A stretch of DNA of 63,216 nt, filler included, from Octopus bimaculoides (Eukaryota), in assembly GCF_001194135.2 (NCBI RefSeq). It is 7 parts of 6 records of this genome, joined end to end, with 100 filler letters (N's around TTAATTAATTAA, not from the genome) between each part and the next. Parts side by side here need not be neighbours in the genome. Positions count along the whole stretch, not along the records: positions 11,132 to 31,411 come from NC_068981.1; 6 more parts are not named here. One strand, 5' to 3'. Below the pieces are notes generated by a model. It was not told where the DNA came from and did not search any database. It saw only the letters and a list, made by a program, of their open reading frames with translations. The position numbers and the translations under genes are program-made. Positions 12,831 to 26,639 of the stretch are shown here, one piece after another; the first letter of the stretch is position 1; the number at the start of each line of letters is the position of its first letter.

Positions 12831-13891
12831 CAATCGTCCCGCAACGATATATTCTTAATTATTAATCTTAAACGGTGAAAATCGGTCCTGTATTTTCTTT
12901 ATATTGGTTTTAATTATAGATTGCGGTCATACTTGGCTGAGGGATTTTAGTCGATTATATCGATACTTGTACTTGTTATAATCTGACATTTATTTGATCA
13001 ATCTCTGTTTATCGAATAAAGGTTGTTAAAAGTATTTTACCTGGTCGCATAAAAAGATGAACCTCAAAGCACCGTTTTTATAACGGTATGTATAAAATAC
13101 AGATACACACACATTCATGTATGTATGTGTGCGTGTATATATATCTATGGCAGGCTTCTGGATAGTTTCCGTCTTGAAAATTTTACTCAGAGTGTATTCA
13201 TTACTTTCTCAACTGTCAACAGTAGAAAAACTCTTTCTCAGTGTTCTACTCAGTAGACACGAAGCCGGAGCCACGTCTTTGCTAAGCGACCCTCTTAATG
13301 ACATGTTTGCATTTACTTGTTATCACCCTCCCATCATCCCCTACTCTATTGCTTCTCTAGAAAATAGGGATTTGGGAAATTTGTAGTTCTATTTACAGTA
13401 ATTCTAGGTTCTGGAGAAATATTTAGGTTGTAATTCCATACCTTAAGATAATTTTTAGAAAAGATTTATGATATTTGCTCACATCCTCTCTCTCTCTCTC
13501 TTTCTCTCCCCCCCCTCTCTCTCTAAATAAATAAATAGTAGCTACCGGTGGTTGCTATAAATATTTAGATATATCACATCCTTAATAATTTTGTTAGTCA
13601 TAACGGTAACAAAGCATTTAGTAGTAGTGTCTGACATAAAAAAAAAAAAAATGGTGCTTGCACGACTATTTTGTAGAATATCAATAACTATGAAGAAATT
13701 CGAAAAAGGAAGTTTCTACTTTCAGAAGGAATTTTTGTTATTTTGTTGATGCGCAGCCGTCATGAATAGTTTGAGATTAGGAAGTTTGTTACTTGTAAAT
13801 TTTCTGAAGGTGTGGTGTTTATGAGTATAAACATTATAGTGTCGTGTGTTATCTTAACATATGTAAAGAATGCATTTTGGTTAGAAAAGAA

Positions 13892-14510
13892 GGATCTTTT
13901 TTAAAACGGGGGCCACATTTTTCATTAACGAAACACTTTGAAACTTGGAACACTGGTAGAATGTGTCATATAAAACATCTTTTTCTCTTGGTCTTCTTAA
14001 AAAAAAAAGAAATCCATAAATTATTCCATGTTAAAGTTGTCGTATTTCTGTAATTTCAACCAATCACTGACGTCCATTCAGCCGATATACATTGAGTGCC
14101 GACTACATAAACAAACGATTCTGAAACAATTAACCCTAACCCTAACCCTAACTCTAACCCTAACCCTAACCCTAACCCTAGGGTTAGGGTTAGGGTTAAA
14201 GCAAATTTAAAATGAAAAAAGCAAATAAAACGAAGGTATGGAGATTAAATACGCTTTACATCGCTTAATCAGCCAAGGAGTAAATGTAAACAACTGAATA
14301 CTTGTCAGTGATTGGTTGAAATTATCGAAATAAGACAATTTTTTACATGAAATAAATTCGAATACAAAAATATTTTTCTGTTCTATAACACAAAATAGAT
14401 AAGTATACGAAGTTTGAGAGTCTTTCGGTACCAAAAACACTACGTAAAACATTAATGAAAAATGTGGACCCCGTTTTAAAAAAGATCCGAAAAGAATTCC
14501 ATATCTGCTA
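13892..14510. mobile_element. Foldback element with central telomeric-repeat palindrome
   Basis: Inverted arms 13892-13928/14450-14488 and 14036-14082/14293-14340; centre (TAACCC)8-TA-(GGGTTA)3 at 14131-14198. Confidence 0.75.
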
Positions 14511-14516
14511 AATGAC

Positions 14517-14921
14517 ATCTATCTTTTATCTTTTATCTTTTACGAGTTCCAGCCATCAGACTGCGGCCATGGTGGGGCACCGCTTTGAGGTATTTAATTT
14601 CTTTTTAAGCCAGGAACTTATTTTATCGGTCGCTTTTGCTGAATTGCTAGGTTACGGGTATGTAAACTCATCAACACCGGTTGTCAAGCGGTGTAGCGCG
14701 GGACAAACAGAGACAGAATGACACATACATACATATGATATAATATATATAATTATATATTATTCGACAGGTTTCCTTCAGTTTCCGTCTATCAAATCTA
14801 CTGACAAGGCCTTGTTCTTCCCGAGGCTATAGCACATGACACCCAAGGTGTCACACAGTGGAACTGAACCCGGAGTCGTGATCGAGAAGCGAACTTCATG
14901 TCACACAACCACCCCTGTGCT
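14517..14921 (-). mobile_element. SINE family A, full length, diverged
   Basis: Reverse-complement tail, internal TA/CA microsatellite and head. Confidence 0.85.
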
Positions 14922-15902
14922 TTATTTTTTGCTCATCCGTTTGATAGTTGCGCCGTCCTAGATATGTTAGAAGTTGTCGTGCGGAACGAACATGGTTGGA
15001 CCTTGTAGGGCGACAGCAACTGTTCGCTGTCAAAATACTTTAGGGTAAAATAAAATAGCAGCGTTTGGAAAGCTCTCTTGCTTTTATAATAACTACGATC
15101 ACTATAAAAGATCAGCAGACTAAGGTGTAGAGACTATATTTTATCAAATGTAAGGATCACAGAAATATCTTGATTACGGATGGAAGGATTCTAATGTACA
15201 TTGCTGTTATGTAGCTCCAGGTCAGCTTTGATTCGCATACCTATTATTAAAGGTGTATTGTATGAAGAACGTTAAGTTGTTATTTTAAGGACTTTTGATT
15301 GTTATTTCTAGCAAGGTAAGCTAATACATAAATTTCCACCTATTGACTTCTAGATTTGTGGATTTATCTTCATGGTTTATGCAGTTCAAATGAGAAGTCA
15401 GTTGTAGTTGTAGACTGTTTCCTGATGTCTCTGTTCATAAAAAGGCAATGCAATGGCAGACTTATTAAAACGTCGTACAACAACGCCTTGCTATATCTGT
15501 TTCAGCCATTTACCTTCTAATTTCAAATCGTTCCATAGTCAACTTTCGCTTTTCATACCCAGACGCAAGTATAATGACGTGTAAGCGCAAGGTGTTTGAT
15601 TATACACAGAAGGAAGAAGAACACCAAATATGGTGACATAACATGTCATGTGTTGCTAGTTTGCGCCAGACGAATGCTGATTGAAGCAGTCCAGCCGTAA
15701 CAATAATTTTAGGAGTACTTAAGACAGCATTGTCTGATGCATCTTTCTATTTAATGAGGTAGAGTGTAATTTAATGGAAATTTGAGTGCTGCTTCTTGTA
15801 GGTCGGGCGATCATGCAGAGGTTCATTAGGTCTCGAAGGGAGTTCAGCAGGTTCACTGTAATAGAAGAGAGGTGACAGCTAATCTAAAACGATTTTGCAA
15901 GA

Positions 15903-16042
15903 AAATCTTTTCTACTCTAGGCATAACACCCGAAATTTTTGGAGAGAGGGCCAGTCGATTAGATCGACCCCAAGTACGCAACTGGTACTTAATTTATCGA
16001 CCCCAAAAGGATGAAAAGCAAAGTCGACCTCGGCGAAATGAT
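15903..16042 (-). mobile_element. SINE family B, 5'-truncated
   Basis: CTACTCTAGGCA...CAACTGGTACTTAATTTATCGACCCC...AAAGTCGACCTCGGCG. Confidence 0.9.
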
Positions 16043-16590
16043 TTTACAAGATAATATAACCAAAATTGTCTCTAAAAATGGAAACATTGCGATGAGAACA
16101 TGCTTCAACGCTAAGCAGTTATTGACATTCTATAAGAAACAAAAGTGAGCTACATAAACGAGTTGTTCACTGTTCCTAGGAAGAGCAGTAGCTACATGGA
16201 CAAACATTTAGTATCCAAATAAAGCCAACCATTTGGTCAGCAATCAATCACGTATCAACATTTGCAACTTCTTGGCCAGCGACATAATCTATCTTTTCGT
16301 GCGTTATAACAATGGTTCATGTTCCTCTGTGTTGGTAATTGACACAATATATATCATATCCCGAGCCGCTTCAATGCCCAATATCCCTACCGTATCACAC
16401 ACAAAATTCCGTACTCAATTCTTTGCTGGAATGATCTTCCTCTCAGCTTACACTTTGTCTATATATATCAACACTTAGAAGTCCATGCTAAACACCAATC
16501 ATACCTCATCTAAAACACTTTCTCTTGGACAATGTAATTAAAAAAAAAAGCAAACATCGAAGCGTTGAATAGACTCCATCTTTCTATCAC

Positions 16591-16591
16591 T

Positions 16592-16661
<70 letters not shown>

Positions 16662-16695
16662 CACCACCACCACGACCACCACGACCACCACGACA

Positions 16696-16759
<64 letters not shown>

Positions 16760-16760
16760 T
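16591..16760. repeat. Symmetric compound trinucleotide repeat (CTA)n(CCA)n(CGACCACCA)n(CTA)n
   Basis: Direct reading. Confidence 0.95.
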
Positions 16761-17629
16761 AGTTTCTGTTCCTTTGAAGTGGTACATTGTGTACTACCCT
16801 CACTAGGATTCACTCGATGAACTAAGTCTCTTTTGTTGCTAAACTTGCTCTCCGGACTATCTTGAACACTTCTTTGGAGAATTCCATTTCTCTAAAGGTT
16901 TCTTGCCAGTTTACATTTCACAGACAGACAGACCACTTCTTGAAGTAGTCCAATTTGACTATCAACCATTTCTGACTAACTACTGATAGCAGTGCTAATT
17001 TGACTACAAATATAAAATGAAAATTAAGAACAACACTAGATGATTTATAAGTAAAGAGATAGGTGTGTGTATGTGTGTGTTGTGAAATGGATTACATATA
17101 TATAAATCGGAATAAAAAGATGAAAAGTAGTCAGAACGTGTATTGAAATTTGTTTAAACTGGTGTTGCTCCAATTTGCAATAACCAACATTAAGTAATTA
17201 TAAACCTCCCATTTAGCTATAATAACCATCATTAGCGAAATTTTATATTTTCCTATTGAGCGAAAATATCGTTTTCAAATATGCAAATTGCATCGTAATT
17301 GTGTTCTTTAATATTTCACAGACAAAGGCATAGTAAATATTTTTGCTTTTTAACATCTACAATTCCAAGACTGATCGGCAGTATAGAGAACTTTTAGTTT
17401 ACCTCATTTTTACCTCAAACCGGCAATAAAATCTCGAGTTACCACAGGGAAGCAACATCGAGCGTTGTTATAATTTATATAACTTCTTATTTAGTAAATT
17501 TTTTGACGTTTAGCTACAAATTAGATCTTTATATCTGGTGTTTACGACTGAATATGTTCGTGATAGAAGTAATTACACTTGGTTGATAAACTCATTTACT
17601 CGTTAAACAATGTTTACAACCTCTAGGTA

Positions 17630-17810
17630 TCACACTAGGCACAAAACCAGAAATTTGCAAGTGAGGGATGTAGTCAATTATATCGCCTCCAGTTCTTATC
17701 TGATATTTTTGGTATTTAACTAATTTTAGTTGTATTTGAATTTAGAATGTAAAGATCTGAAAGAAATACTGCTAGGCATTTTGTCCGACACTCGAACAAT
17801 TCAACCCATG
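17630..17810 (-). mobile_element. Old SINE family B copy
   Basis: CTAGGCACAAAACCAGAAATTT...GAATTTAGAATGTAAAG...AAATACTGCTAGGCATTTTGTCCG. Confidence 0.55.
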
Positions 17811-19101
17811 TACCAATCTCATTATATAAGTTAATACAGAGCGGTATGGTACCTTATCTTTCATTGTTTTTTTGTTTTTTTTTTTGCCAAAAATCTAGCA
17901 AGTTAGTTGATTTTTACATTATATAGTGAATTAATGTTTTGAGTTCAAATTCTGACAGCAGAGTTAATTATTCACCTTGTTGGAAGACGGACTGGAAAGA
18001 CTGATAAAGCATAAATATTCGTCTCTTTAAGTTTCGAGTTCCAATTCCATGCTAGTTGATTTCACTTTTCTTTCATCAGTGAGTAAGGTGAAAAAATAAA
18101 TGTCAGTCGTTCGTTTTTTTAATTATTGTCTTGCACTAGGTCAGCTCTGATTGCGCAGATTTATAATCAAAGGCGTTTCGGCTGTCATCATCCCGTCTTC
18201 ATGAAAATATTTGGAGCTTCATAATTCCAGTGTCTTTCCCATATCTAAAAACAATAGTAATTTAAGTGAAATTTAACACCTATTTCTAGTAGGTCAAGTG
18301 ACCACCACATCTCGTTGGTTCGAGAAAATACGATTAAAGTAGTAAGGTCGATTCAATAAACTGTCTCCTTCTGCAAATTTCTATTCTTGTTTCTATGTTG
18401 CAAAATTATTCCTCTCTTCATAAGAGATATAATAAATTCATTGAAGTAAAGTCTTAGATTCAAACAACTGGATTTCCTTCTCAATAAAACAAGTATTAGT
18501 CCTAGCCAAAAATAAAGTTATTTCTTGAGAATTTTATTAATTTTCCCCATTCGAAAAGGTTTTTAGCACCTGAGCAAAATAAGTTTAAGCTGTCGACCAT
18601 ATATATTCCGCCTTCTCATGCTATTTCCATTGTCATTCATTTGACTTTATAAATAAATATTACTGACCTGGTAGAGTTCTTAGAGTATGGAATTATTGCG
18701 CAAACGGTTCCAAAGTTTCGCATTCGTTTATAGTACTATAAATGGAAACAAGTATAGTGAGTTGTAAAACTCAATACAGTAAGAACAGAAAGTATGCGTG
18801 TTACAGACTTCAACATATATTTACATACAAGTTCACTACTTCACATCACAGGAACATAATTTTTAAAATCGTGTTCCTGTAATGCAATAACCCTACCTTC
18901 TTCATAGATAATATATCAAATTTTTCTTCAACAGCATTAGAAAATCAGATTATTTATGCAATTTTTCGACATAATCATCAAAGATTTACCCATTTCTACG
19001 AATTGTGACTTGACACTCCGATAAATTATCTTTATCAGAATGTTCTTTACTTATACACACACACATGCACACACACGCATGTATGTATGTATGTATGTAT
19101 G

Positions 19102-19140
<39 letters not shown>

Positions 19141-19214
19141 CTACTTAAGTATATATATATTATATGAGTGTGTATGTGTATATGTGTGTGTGTATTATAT
19201 ATTATTATATACGT

Positions 19215-19277
<63 letters not shown>

Positions 19278-19421
19278 TATGAATATGTATATTTATAAAA
19301 CCATATATTATATATAAATCATTTAAGAGTCGGTTGTGCGACATTTCATTTATCCGACTCCAAATTACAAGACACTTTCACCCCAAATAGTACGTTCTGC
19401 TTGCCAGCGGTGATCATTCAA

Positions 19422-19875
19422 TGTTGCCCTGTGGCTAACGAGTTCACTTCGAAACTGCATGGTTCCATGTTCAAGAGTAAGGAAAGACCGTCTTCTAAAT
19501 TAGGTTCATATCTGACAAACATCTGAGTAAAATTTGGTGGATGGAAACTATGCCGAAGCCCGTCACGCACGTATAAGTATGTACATAGACACATACAAAT
19601 ATGTGCATATACATATGTGAATATACATACACTCACATATATCTGCGTGTGTATATCGGCATGGAGTAAACAAAATCGGTGCGTCGAACAAAAATACTTT
19701 GCAGTATCTAGTTACGACCTCGTAATCCGTCTTTGTACCATTGGATTGCATTTCGCATCTTCTGTAAAACAGTATTAGACAAATTACTAGAATTGATATA
19801 ATCGACTAAAACCCTTCCAAGCATTGCTCCAGTATGACCACACTGAAATGACTGAAACCCTTAAAAGAATAACGG
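19422..19875 (+). mobile_element. Old SINE family A copy with internal microsatellite
   Basis: Diverged head, GGAAACTATGCCGAAGCCCGTC, tail TTGCTCCAGTATGACCAC...AAATGACTGAAAC. Confidence 0.6.
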
Positions 19876-19880
19876 AACAG

Positions 19881-19924
<44 letters not shown>

Positions 19925-19951
19925 TATAAAGTTAGTTATGCCCGGTCTATA

Positions 19952-20113
19952 GGGTTACCACGTCCATAAAGGACTTAGCTTCATGACGTTTATTCAGACC
20001 CTAATGGCTGGCGGCCTATAACCTCTCTTCAAAATGGATGGAGGTTATAGGTCATTGGCGATTAGAGTCCGTAGAAACGCCGTAAAGCTAAGTGATTTAT
20101 GGATGCTAAACCC
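19952..20113. mobile_element. About 160-bp hairpin (MITE-like), about 74-bp imperfect arms
   Basis: GGGTTACCACGTCCATAAAGGACTTAGCT...CCTATAACCTC pairs with GAGGTTATAGG...AGCTAAGTGATTTATGGATGCTAAACCC. Confidence 0.75.
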
Positions 20114-20232
20114 AAGGTTACCCCATGGGCCTGCCATAATTATCTCTACCGATTTACTCTACCACGCTATAACTTAGGGAATGTGCTTCTCTTTCGGATT
20201 TATGTTTTACTGACGATATATTTATGTGTGTT

Positions 20233-20312
<80 letters not shown>

Positions 20313-20348
20313 TGTGTATATATATATAAATATATATATGTATATATA

Positions 20349-20494
20349 CTCTTTACTCTCTTTGCCTTGTTTCAGTCATTTGACTGCGGCCCCAGGACTT
20401 ATTCTTTGTAAGCCTAGTACTTATTCTATCGGTTTCGGGGACGTAAACACACCAGCATCGGTTGTCAAGCGATGTTGGGAGGGGGACAAACACA

Positions 20495-20542
<48 letters not shown>

Positions 20543-20663
20543 NNNNNNNNNNNNNNNNNNNNNNNNNNNNNNNNNNNNNNNNNNNNNNNNNNNNNNNNNN
20601 NNNNNNNNNNNNNNNNNNNNNNNNNNNNNNNNNNNNNNNNNNNNNNNNNNNNNNNNNNNNNNN

Positions 20664-20704
<41 letters not shown>

Positions 20705-20826
20705 TACGACGGGCTTCCTTCAGTTTCCGTCTACCAAATCCACTCACAAGGCTTTGGTCGGCCCGAAGCTATAGTAGAAGACACTTGCCCAAGGTGCCAC
20801 GCAGTGGGACTGAACCCGGAACCATA
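20349..20826 (-). mobile_element. SINE family A with (CA)n-gap-(TA)n interior
   Basis: Tail 20349-20497, head 20705-20826, both near-identical to 41042-41562; two internal deletions in the tail. Confidence 0.92.
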
Positions 20827-20924
20827 TAAAGTAAATCTTCCGGACATTACTGTCTCGATCCTAGGATTCGTAAGACTGGTTATCTGATTTCTAAGGCGAA
20901 TAAGCTACGGAGATCAAAAAGAGC

Positions 20925-21092
20925 CCTGAACGGAATGCAAGCTCGATCCAGAGTTACTATTTTTTTTAGCTGAGTGGTTTGGAGCAACGTGAAATGATTT
21001 TTACTCAAGGACACAATACATCACGCGGCATTTGAAATGCCACGATTGCAAGCTCGTGAGTGTAACACCCCTAACCACTAGGCCACGCACCT
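20925..21092 (-). mobile_element. SINE family C-variant head and body
   Basis: Reverse complement GGTGCGTGGCCTAGTGGTTAGGG...TTTCACGTTGCTCCAAACCACTCAGCT. Confidence 0.7.
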
Positions 21093-22539
21093 TTGCATCA
21101 GAAGCATGTAGGTTAATTATCATTTAGCTTTTATTGGTCATTGCAAACGGTTATTGTGGCAAGGTGTAGGAAAATTAGCATTTCGTATAAGACTTCTCAT
21201 GTATCACCAAATATATTTATTTTAGCAAACACAGTTTAAACGAAGAATTATTTTCTCTCCATTCTTATAGATTGTTTCTCTGCAGAACTGCTATTATAAA
21301 ATGTTTACGTTGCTAATATTTACAAAGTTTTGTGTTTAACAACACACAGCCACTTTAACCACACCCGCTAAATTACTATCTATTCAATGCTTTCACTTCA
21401 TGATGAGTAAATTCAATTACAAGTCTTTTAGATGACTTTCAATTACACACCAGTAATTATTCTCATTTTCCTCATAATTTGATTGATTGCGATGCCGAAA
21501 AACTACCTTAAATAATAATCCATTCAGGTTAAATCATGAAAAATATCAGTATCTTCTTAACTAATAGAGAGACTGGGGCAATACAGCTAAATACTTTCCG
21601 CATATTTCGTACGACGAAAAAAACAGCAGAAGTTAACAACACTCTTCTTTACATATTACCACACCCCCACATAACATAATGCTATAGCTCAATTGAAATG
21701 CCCTACTATGAATGACTTTTCATCTCAGTTTATTTTCTACTTCTTTCACTTCAAGTATCTAAGCTTGAAAATGGATAAAAACTTCCGAACTGCATTCGCT
21801 AGGAGCATCAACTAAATCTTTTGTGCTTTATGTCACATTCTATCTATTCATCACCTGTTGCCAAGAAGAAAATTCTTGTTTCAAGCGAACTTTATATATA
21901 TATATTTTTTTTACCAGCATTCTAATTATTATTATGCATGACAAAAAGTAGTTATTGATATATTGAGGAAAACAACTTGAAATACGTCTAGCTCGTATAT
22001 TTTCATTCGCTGTTAAAATATTTGTGTTGTTTTAAGTGAATGCAGCTGATGTTTCTATGTACTTGAACTGAATGAAGCCAGTTAGAATTCCATCACATCA
22101 AATTTATTTTATTTTACTCAATGTTGCTTCGCTTGTTGGGAACACTTCTCATTAAAAACTAATTGTTATGCTCATGATGCCCTCACACAAACTCACACAC
22201 ACAAACACATACACACAAACACACACACACTTACACACATGCGCACATACACACATGCTCACACACACAAACACGCATAACATACGCATGCATCCATGCC
22301 AACACATATATTTGAAATTTGTAAAAGTGGTGATTATAAACTACAATTTCTGCATACATAACACTTTACATGAGAGACAAATTACGCATAAACAAGAAAC
22401 AAATCGATAAATTTTTACTTTCCTGGGGAGTTTTAAAAGTCTTTTTAGCATAATCTAAACATATAAATGCGAAGACACAATTTGCTGCTAAACCTAAGAC
22501 AGAGTTTATAAATGTAAACAAACTATGTTTATTACGCAA

Positions 22540-24420
22540 TTTTTAATGCTGTTGTGATATATTTTGATGGTTTTGCCGGAAGGAAAATGCACTGGCCCCT
22601 GATCTTCACAACCTCTCTGAAGCTTGTGAGATCGATGCAGTTCATATTCATCAAGACCAGTGGTTCTCATTGAGGGTTTATATGACCCCTGAGATCTAAA
22701 TTTGGGATCTGCAGTAGTATTTAAAGGGTGCATGAAAAAGTCTTGCTTAAGATATATTCATTGCAAGAAACGGTTAGGTTTCATTTTCTAATGTTTTACA
22801 TAGTTTAACATGTTTCTGGCCACTGAAACCTATTCTCTCTGAGAGTGCTTTTGAAAAACAAAATAAGAATTTTGAAAGTACCTATAAAACTAGTTCTTAA
22901 ACTAGTTCTTGAATGGATATGGCTGGATTTTATGGCTGAATGGCTAGATTTTTAAATAGTAATCAAAGGGGTTCATAGATGAAAAGAGATTGAGGACCAC
23001 TGATCTAGACCAGCTGCAGGCCGCCGGCTGCGAGAAAAAATGTTGACAGAGAATTCCAGATGGCTGTCGCTATGAGGAGGAAGAATTAGGCAAGATAATT
23101 TGAACAGGAGTTGAGGAGCAAGAATATAGTGACGATGATGAATAGAGGCGAATGTGTGCAATGAGCTTGACTGGAGATTGTAAGCGACCACCAAGTTTGA
23201 AGCTTATGTTTGAGGCTTATGTATTGAAGTGTATTGGTTAGCTACTCCATACCAACCAGTCGGGTAACCATTTTTTTGTTAATAATGCGATATTGTATGT
23301 CCGTGTGTGTTGCAGCAAGTGTCCTAGATGTAGGAGTAGTATTCTATTGTGGGTCTGGTCTCACCTCAGCTTTGTGATAGTCAACAAACGTTGGGATCTA
23401 AAATATTTTCTGGCTCTGAAAATGAAGGCTAATTTATCGGATTTAACTTTTGTAATTTTATGAATGTGATATCGCCACGAGAAATTATCGAAGATTTTAT
23501 ATGGTCTAGAAGCTGTAGTAGTTCAAAGATGATTTTAATGGCATGTTGTCTACGGCTGGTGAAGGTGAGGTACAGTAGTATTATTTCTCTGATGTGTGTA
23601 CTGATTGTACATTGTTAATGAAGACAAGATTGACGTCTTATTGACGAAACATTGCTTGGAAGTTTAGGGAGGAATGAAAGTTGGTATGGTCCACATAAGG
23701 TGAGATTTGTTAAAGTAACAGTAAACAGGCTGACTTTAGTGGGAATTGGACCAACTGTACAACGTGTTCAAAGATCTGGATAAATCCCAATAGAGAAGAG
23801 ATAGAACTGTGCATTGTTTGACGGTAAAGAAAGGGTTACTCTTACGGTCAGTGGCTTTGTTCGTTTGAAGTTATTGGAGGTACTTTCGCACACGGCGTTT
23901 ATTTTTACGTGTTGGTGGTGAACGTAATGGAGTGTAGATTGGAAGATTTTTTCTTGTGTGCGTGGTGTGAAATTCGGTTACTACGGGGTGGGGAGGTTCA
24001 GCAGAAGTACTACATACGGAGTCACGGTGTTTGAGAAACAGAAAGAAGGGTAATTCTGTCAAGTTGGCTAAGATCGGCTACTTTGTGAAGCTAGTGGGCC
24101 AGTTAGCTGTAGGTTGTATGAATATAACGTTAGTGTTTCAGGTGATAATTTTAAAGTTTCTGCAGTAGTGTGTAAAAGCTGTCCAACATTTTACAGGTGA
24201 TGCTTTTAGGCTTGTCTTTCGCTCGTACATCTGCAACACAGCTATCTTTGAAAACAATTTGAGAGTTTGGAGTTAGTGTTTTCGTTGTGGAAGAGATGAG
24301 CGGGAACATACCTTAGAAGTGATTTTCAATAATCTATGTAGCAGTTTGTGATGGGTTAGGAGTAAAGAACTATTACTGGCAGATATCGGCTAAGGATAGG
24401 TAGTAGGAAGTGTTACTTGA
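22540..24420 (-). mobile_element. Decayed CR1/Jockey-like LINE ORF2 3' half, interrupted by hAT MITE
   Basis: Residual motifs KYLQ.TNK..DR, SLN....NLVF.N, DNFSWRYHIHKITK..LAFIFRARKYFRSQRLLTI.KAEVRP, WNSL...LQL..MNCIDL; many stops and frameshifts. Confidence 0.65.
22658..23002. mobile_element. hAT (Charlie-like) MITE, 345 bp
   Basis: TIRs CAGTGGTTCTCA / TGAGGACCACTG; 8-bp TSD ATCAAGAC (22650-57) / ATCTAGAC (23003-10). Confidence 0.88.
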
Positions 24421-24549
24421 GAATGGCAAAATATTCCGTTTCTACACCACACCGTTGGTTCTGGAAGGAGCGTGGGAACCCAAAAATAGTTGTGTGATAA
24501 CTGAATATTGAGATTGAGTTCAACATAGTCACATAGATATCCTCAAAGC

Positions 24550-24612
<63 letters not shown>

Positions 24613-26277
24613 TAACCATGTATATAAATATGCATAGTCTTTCGGTCTTTCACGATGGCGAACAATTATCACCTATTCATATTATAGATAACGTTATCTC
24701 AACTTTTGTGTTGTTTATTTTAAAGAACTATTTATTATTTAAAAAGAGAAAACAAAAACACACGAATGGATTGTTGGTTATCAAGTAAATATTTCTTGTG
24801 TTGTCACAATGTCAGAAATTTATAGAACAGAGAAAAGATCGTGACTTTAATACCTTTCTCATATGTAGTAGCTACACAAGTGAATCCCATTGTAAATCGA
24901 AACTGATTTTTTAATTAGAATCCCCAGGCGCTCATCTCAACTATACTGTGGCATTCTTTATCGAAGGTTTTGGTAAAGCAATCTGTTTTATTTGATATGG
25001 AATCTCTTTGAAAAGCCAGAGTGTATTCCAAACACTTGTATTATTCACCGCATAATGTAAAAGGCAAAGTTGACACCTATCCAATTTGAATCCAGTGTCA
25101 TGAGATAGACAAGTGGTGATGTCTTACTCCTAGGTCAACTCGTTCAACACATGGCCAAGCAATGGCTATTCTTATAATGTAGGTTGTACAGCTTTAAGTA
25201 TCTTGCTGTCCTCTCGTAGTTTACTTTTGCTTTCTCTTTCATCTTAGCGAATGTGTTACAGGAAATGGTCAATACTGGTTTTCAGTTTGTTTATCGCAGC
25301 GCAAAGAAGTCTTATAATTATATTCTAGAATGAATTATTGCGAGGTAATTGGCAAAATGAAGAAGGTATCAGCTTACCTGAGATGGAAAAGTTATTTTGC
25401 TGTTGCACCGTGTCTGTGATCAAGGTACTTAACTAATGCTAGTTCAATCCAACTCAAATTGAAGCGGAGGCTCTTACTGCATTAATCAGTTGTGGAGCTG
25501 TATAATTAAGAAGTATTTCATTGACATGTAGTGTTGAATTCTAATACTATGGCGAAGTAGGCTTAGAGATGTATTTTTTAAAAAAATGATCAGGATTTCG
25601 TACACATTAAAGTGTGCATTTAAGAAGATAAGTAATTACGTCTCCATTCGTGACAATTTAGCTAAGTAAATATTCATTGATAGATCGAATAATAAATTGT
25701 TATTAAATAAAGGCAAGTTTAAATCTAACTGAAGTGAATGTGAAATATTGGGCTGTCTGATAGATTTGTTCAATTTTTTCTACTTGTCACTCCATCGTCA
25801 TATTTCTGAAAAGAATTAACTTTTATTCTAATTTCAGAAACGATAAACAAAAGTTGTAAATAAAATAGGGCGGGGGAAATATCCCAAAGAACAAAGGAAT
25901 TTATTTCATAACCCAATACCAACCGCCATATCTTTAGCAAATAAAATAATCGTTACGAATTTTACGCTAATTTTCAGGCAAGTGAATAACAATAATGATA
26001 TTCTTGCAAGAAGCAAACTTGCAAGATTTAAGGCGGCTATAAGATAGTTGCTCTAATAGTACTGTGAATTGATTTTTATGTTAGCTTTAAGCTTCTGTTA
26101 TCACGAAGTGAGTAAATGAGATGGTGTGACATTCGTGCTTTAACTAAAGGGCATTATCTGTATAAATGAAGAGAAATTGAAACCGAGCGTAGACATCGAT
26201 TACATTATGAATTGTTCTCGTTTTTCATCAGCAGACTTCTTCGTATAATAGAGACTGAGTAGGTACGGAAATCTCAA

Positions 26278-26302
26278 AACCACCACCACCACCACCACCA
26301 CC

Positions 26303-26358
<56 letters not shown>

Positions 26359-26480
26359 CGCTACTGCTGGTATTACTACCACTACTTATACCACCACCGG
26401 CGCTACTACTATTAACACTACCATCATCAACGCCGCTGCCTCATAACCAGACCGCCCTACAACTCCTCCTACTACTACTG
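26278..26480. repeat. (CAC)n(CTA)n compound microsatellite with degenerate tail
   Basis: Direct reading. Confidence 0.9.
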
Positions 26481-26639
26481 TTTCTGCTGCCACAGTTGCT
26501 GATTTACGTGGAATTCGTTGACGTAGATAGATGCACTGATGCAGTAATCCAGATACATCATGTTCCCACTTAGTCCAGTCTCGTATTTTGGCATGAAGTG
26601 AAATATCGCATGCGGTAACTGTTCTTTTCTTAACTGTTC

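Noticed and set aside
14131-14198. Telomere-fusion scar interpretation
   Set aside because: Orientation is (CCCTAA)n then (TTAGGG)n, opposite to an end-to-end fusion, and it lies inside a foldback repeat.
16565-16803. Poly-Leu/Pro, poly-Ser/Gly and poly-Val ORFs
   Set aside because: Pure compound trinucleotide microsatellite.
25378-25497. 120-nt segment with good minus-strand acceptor and CAG|GTAAG donor
   Set aside because: Stops in all three frames; may be eroded upstream part of the CR1-like LINE; no support without RNA data.
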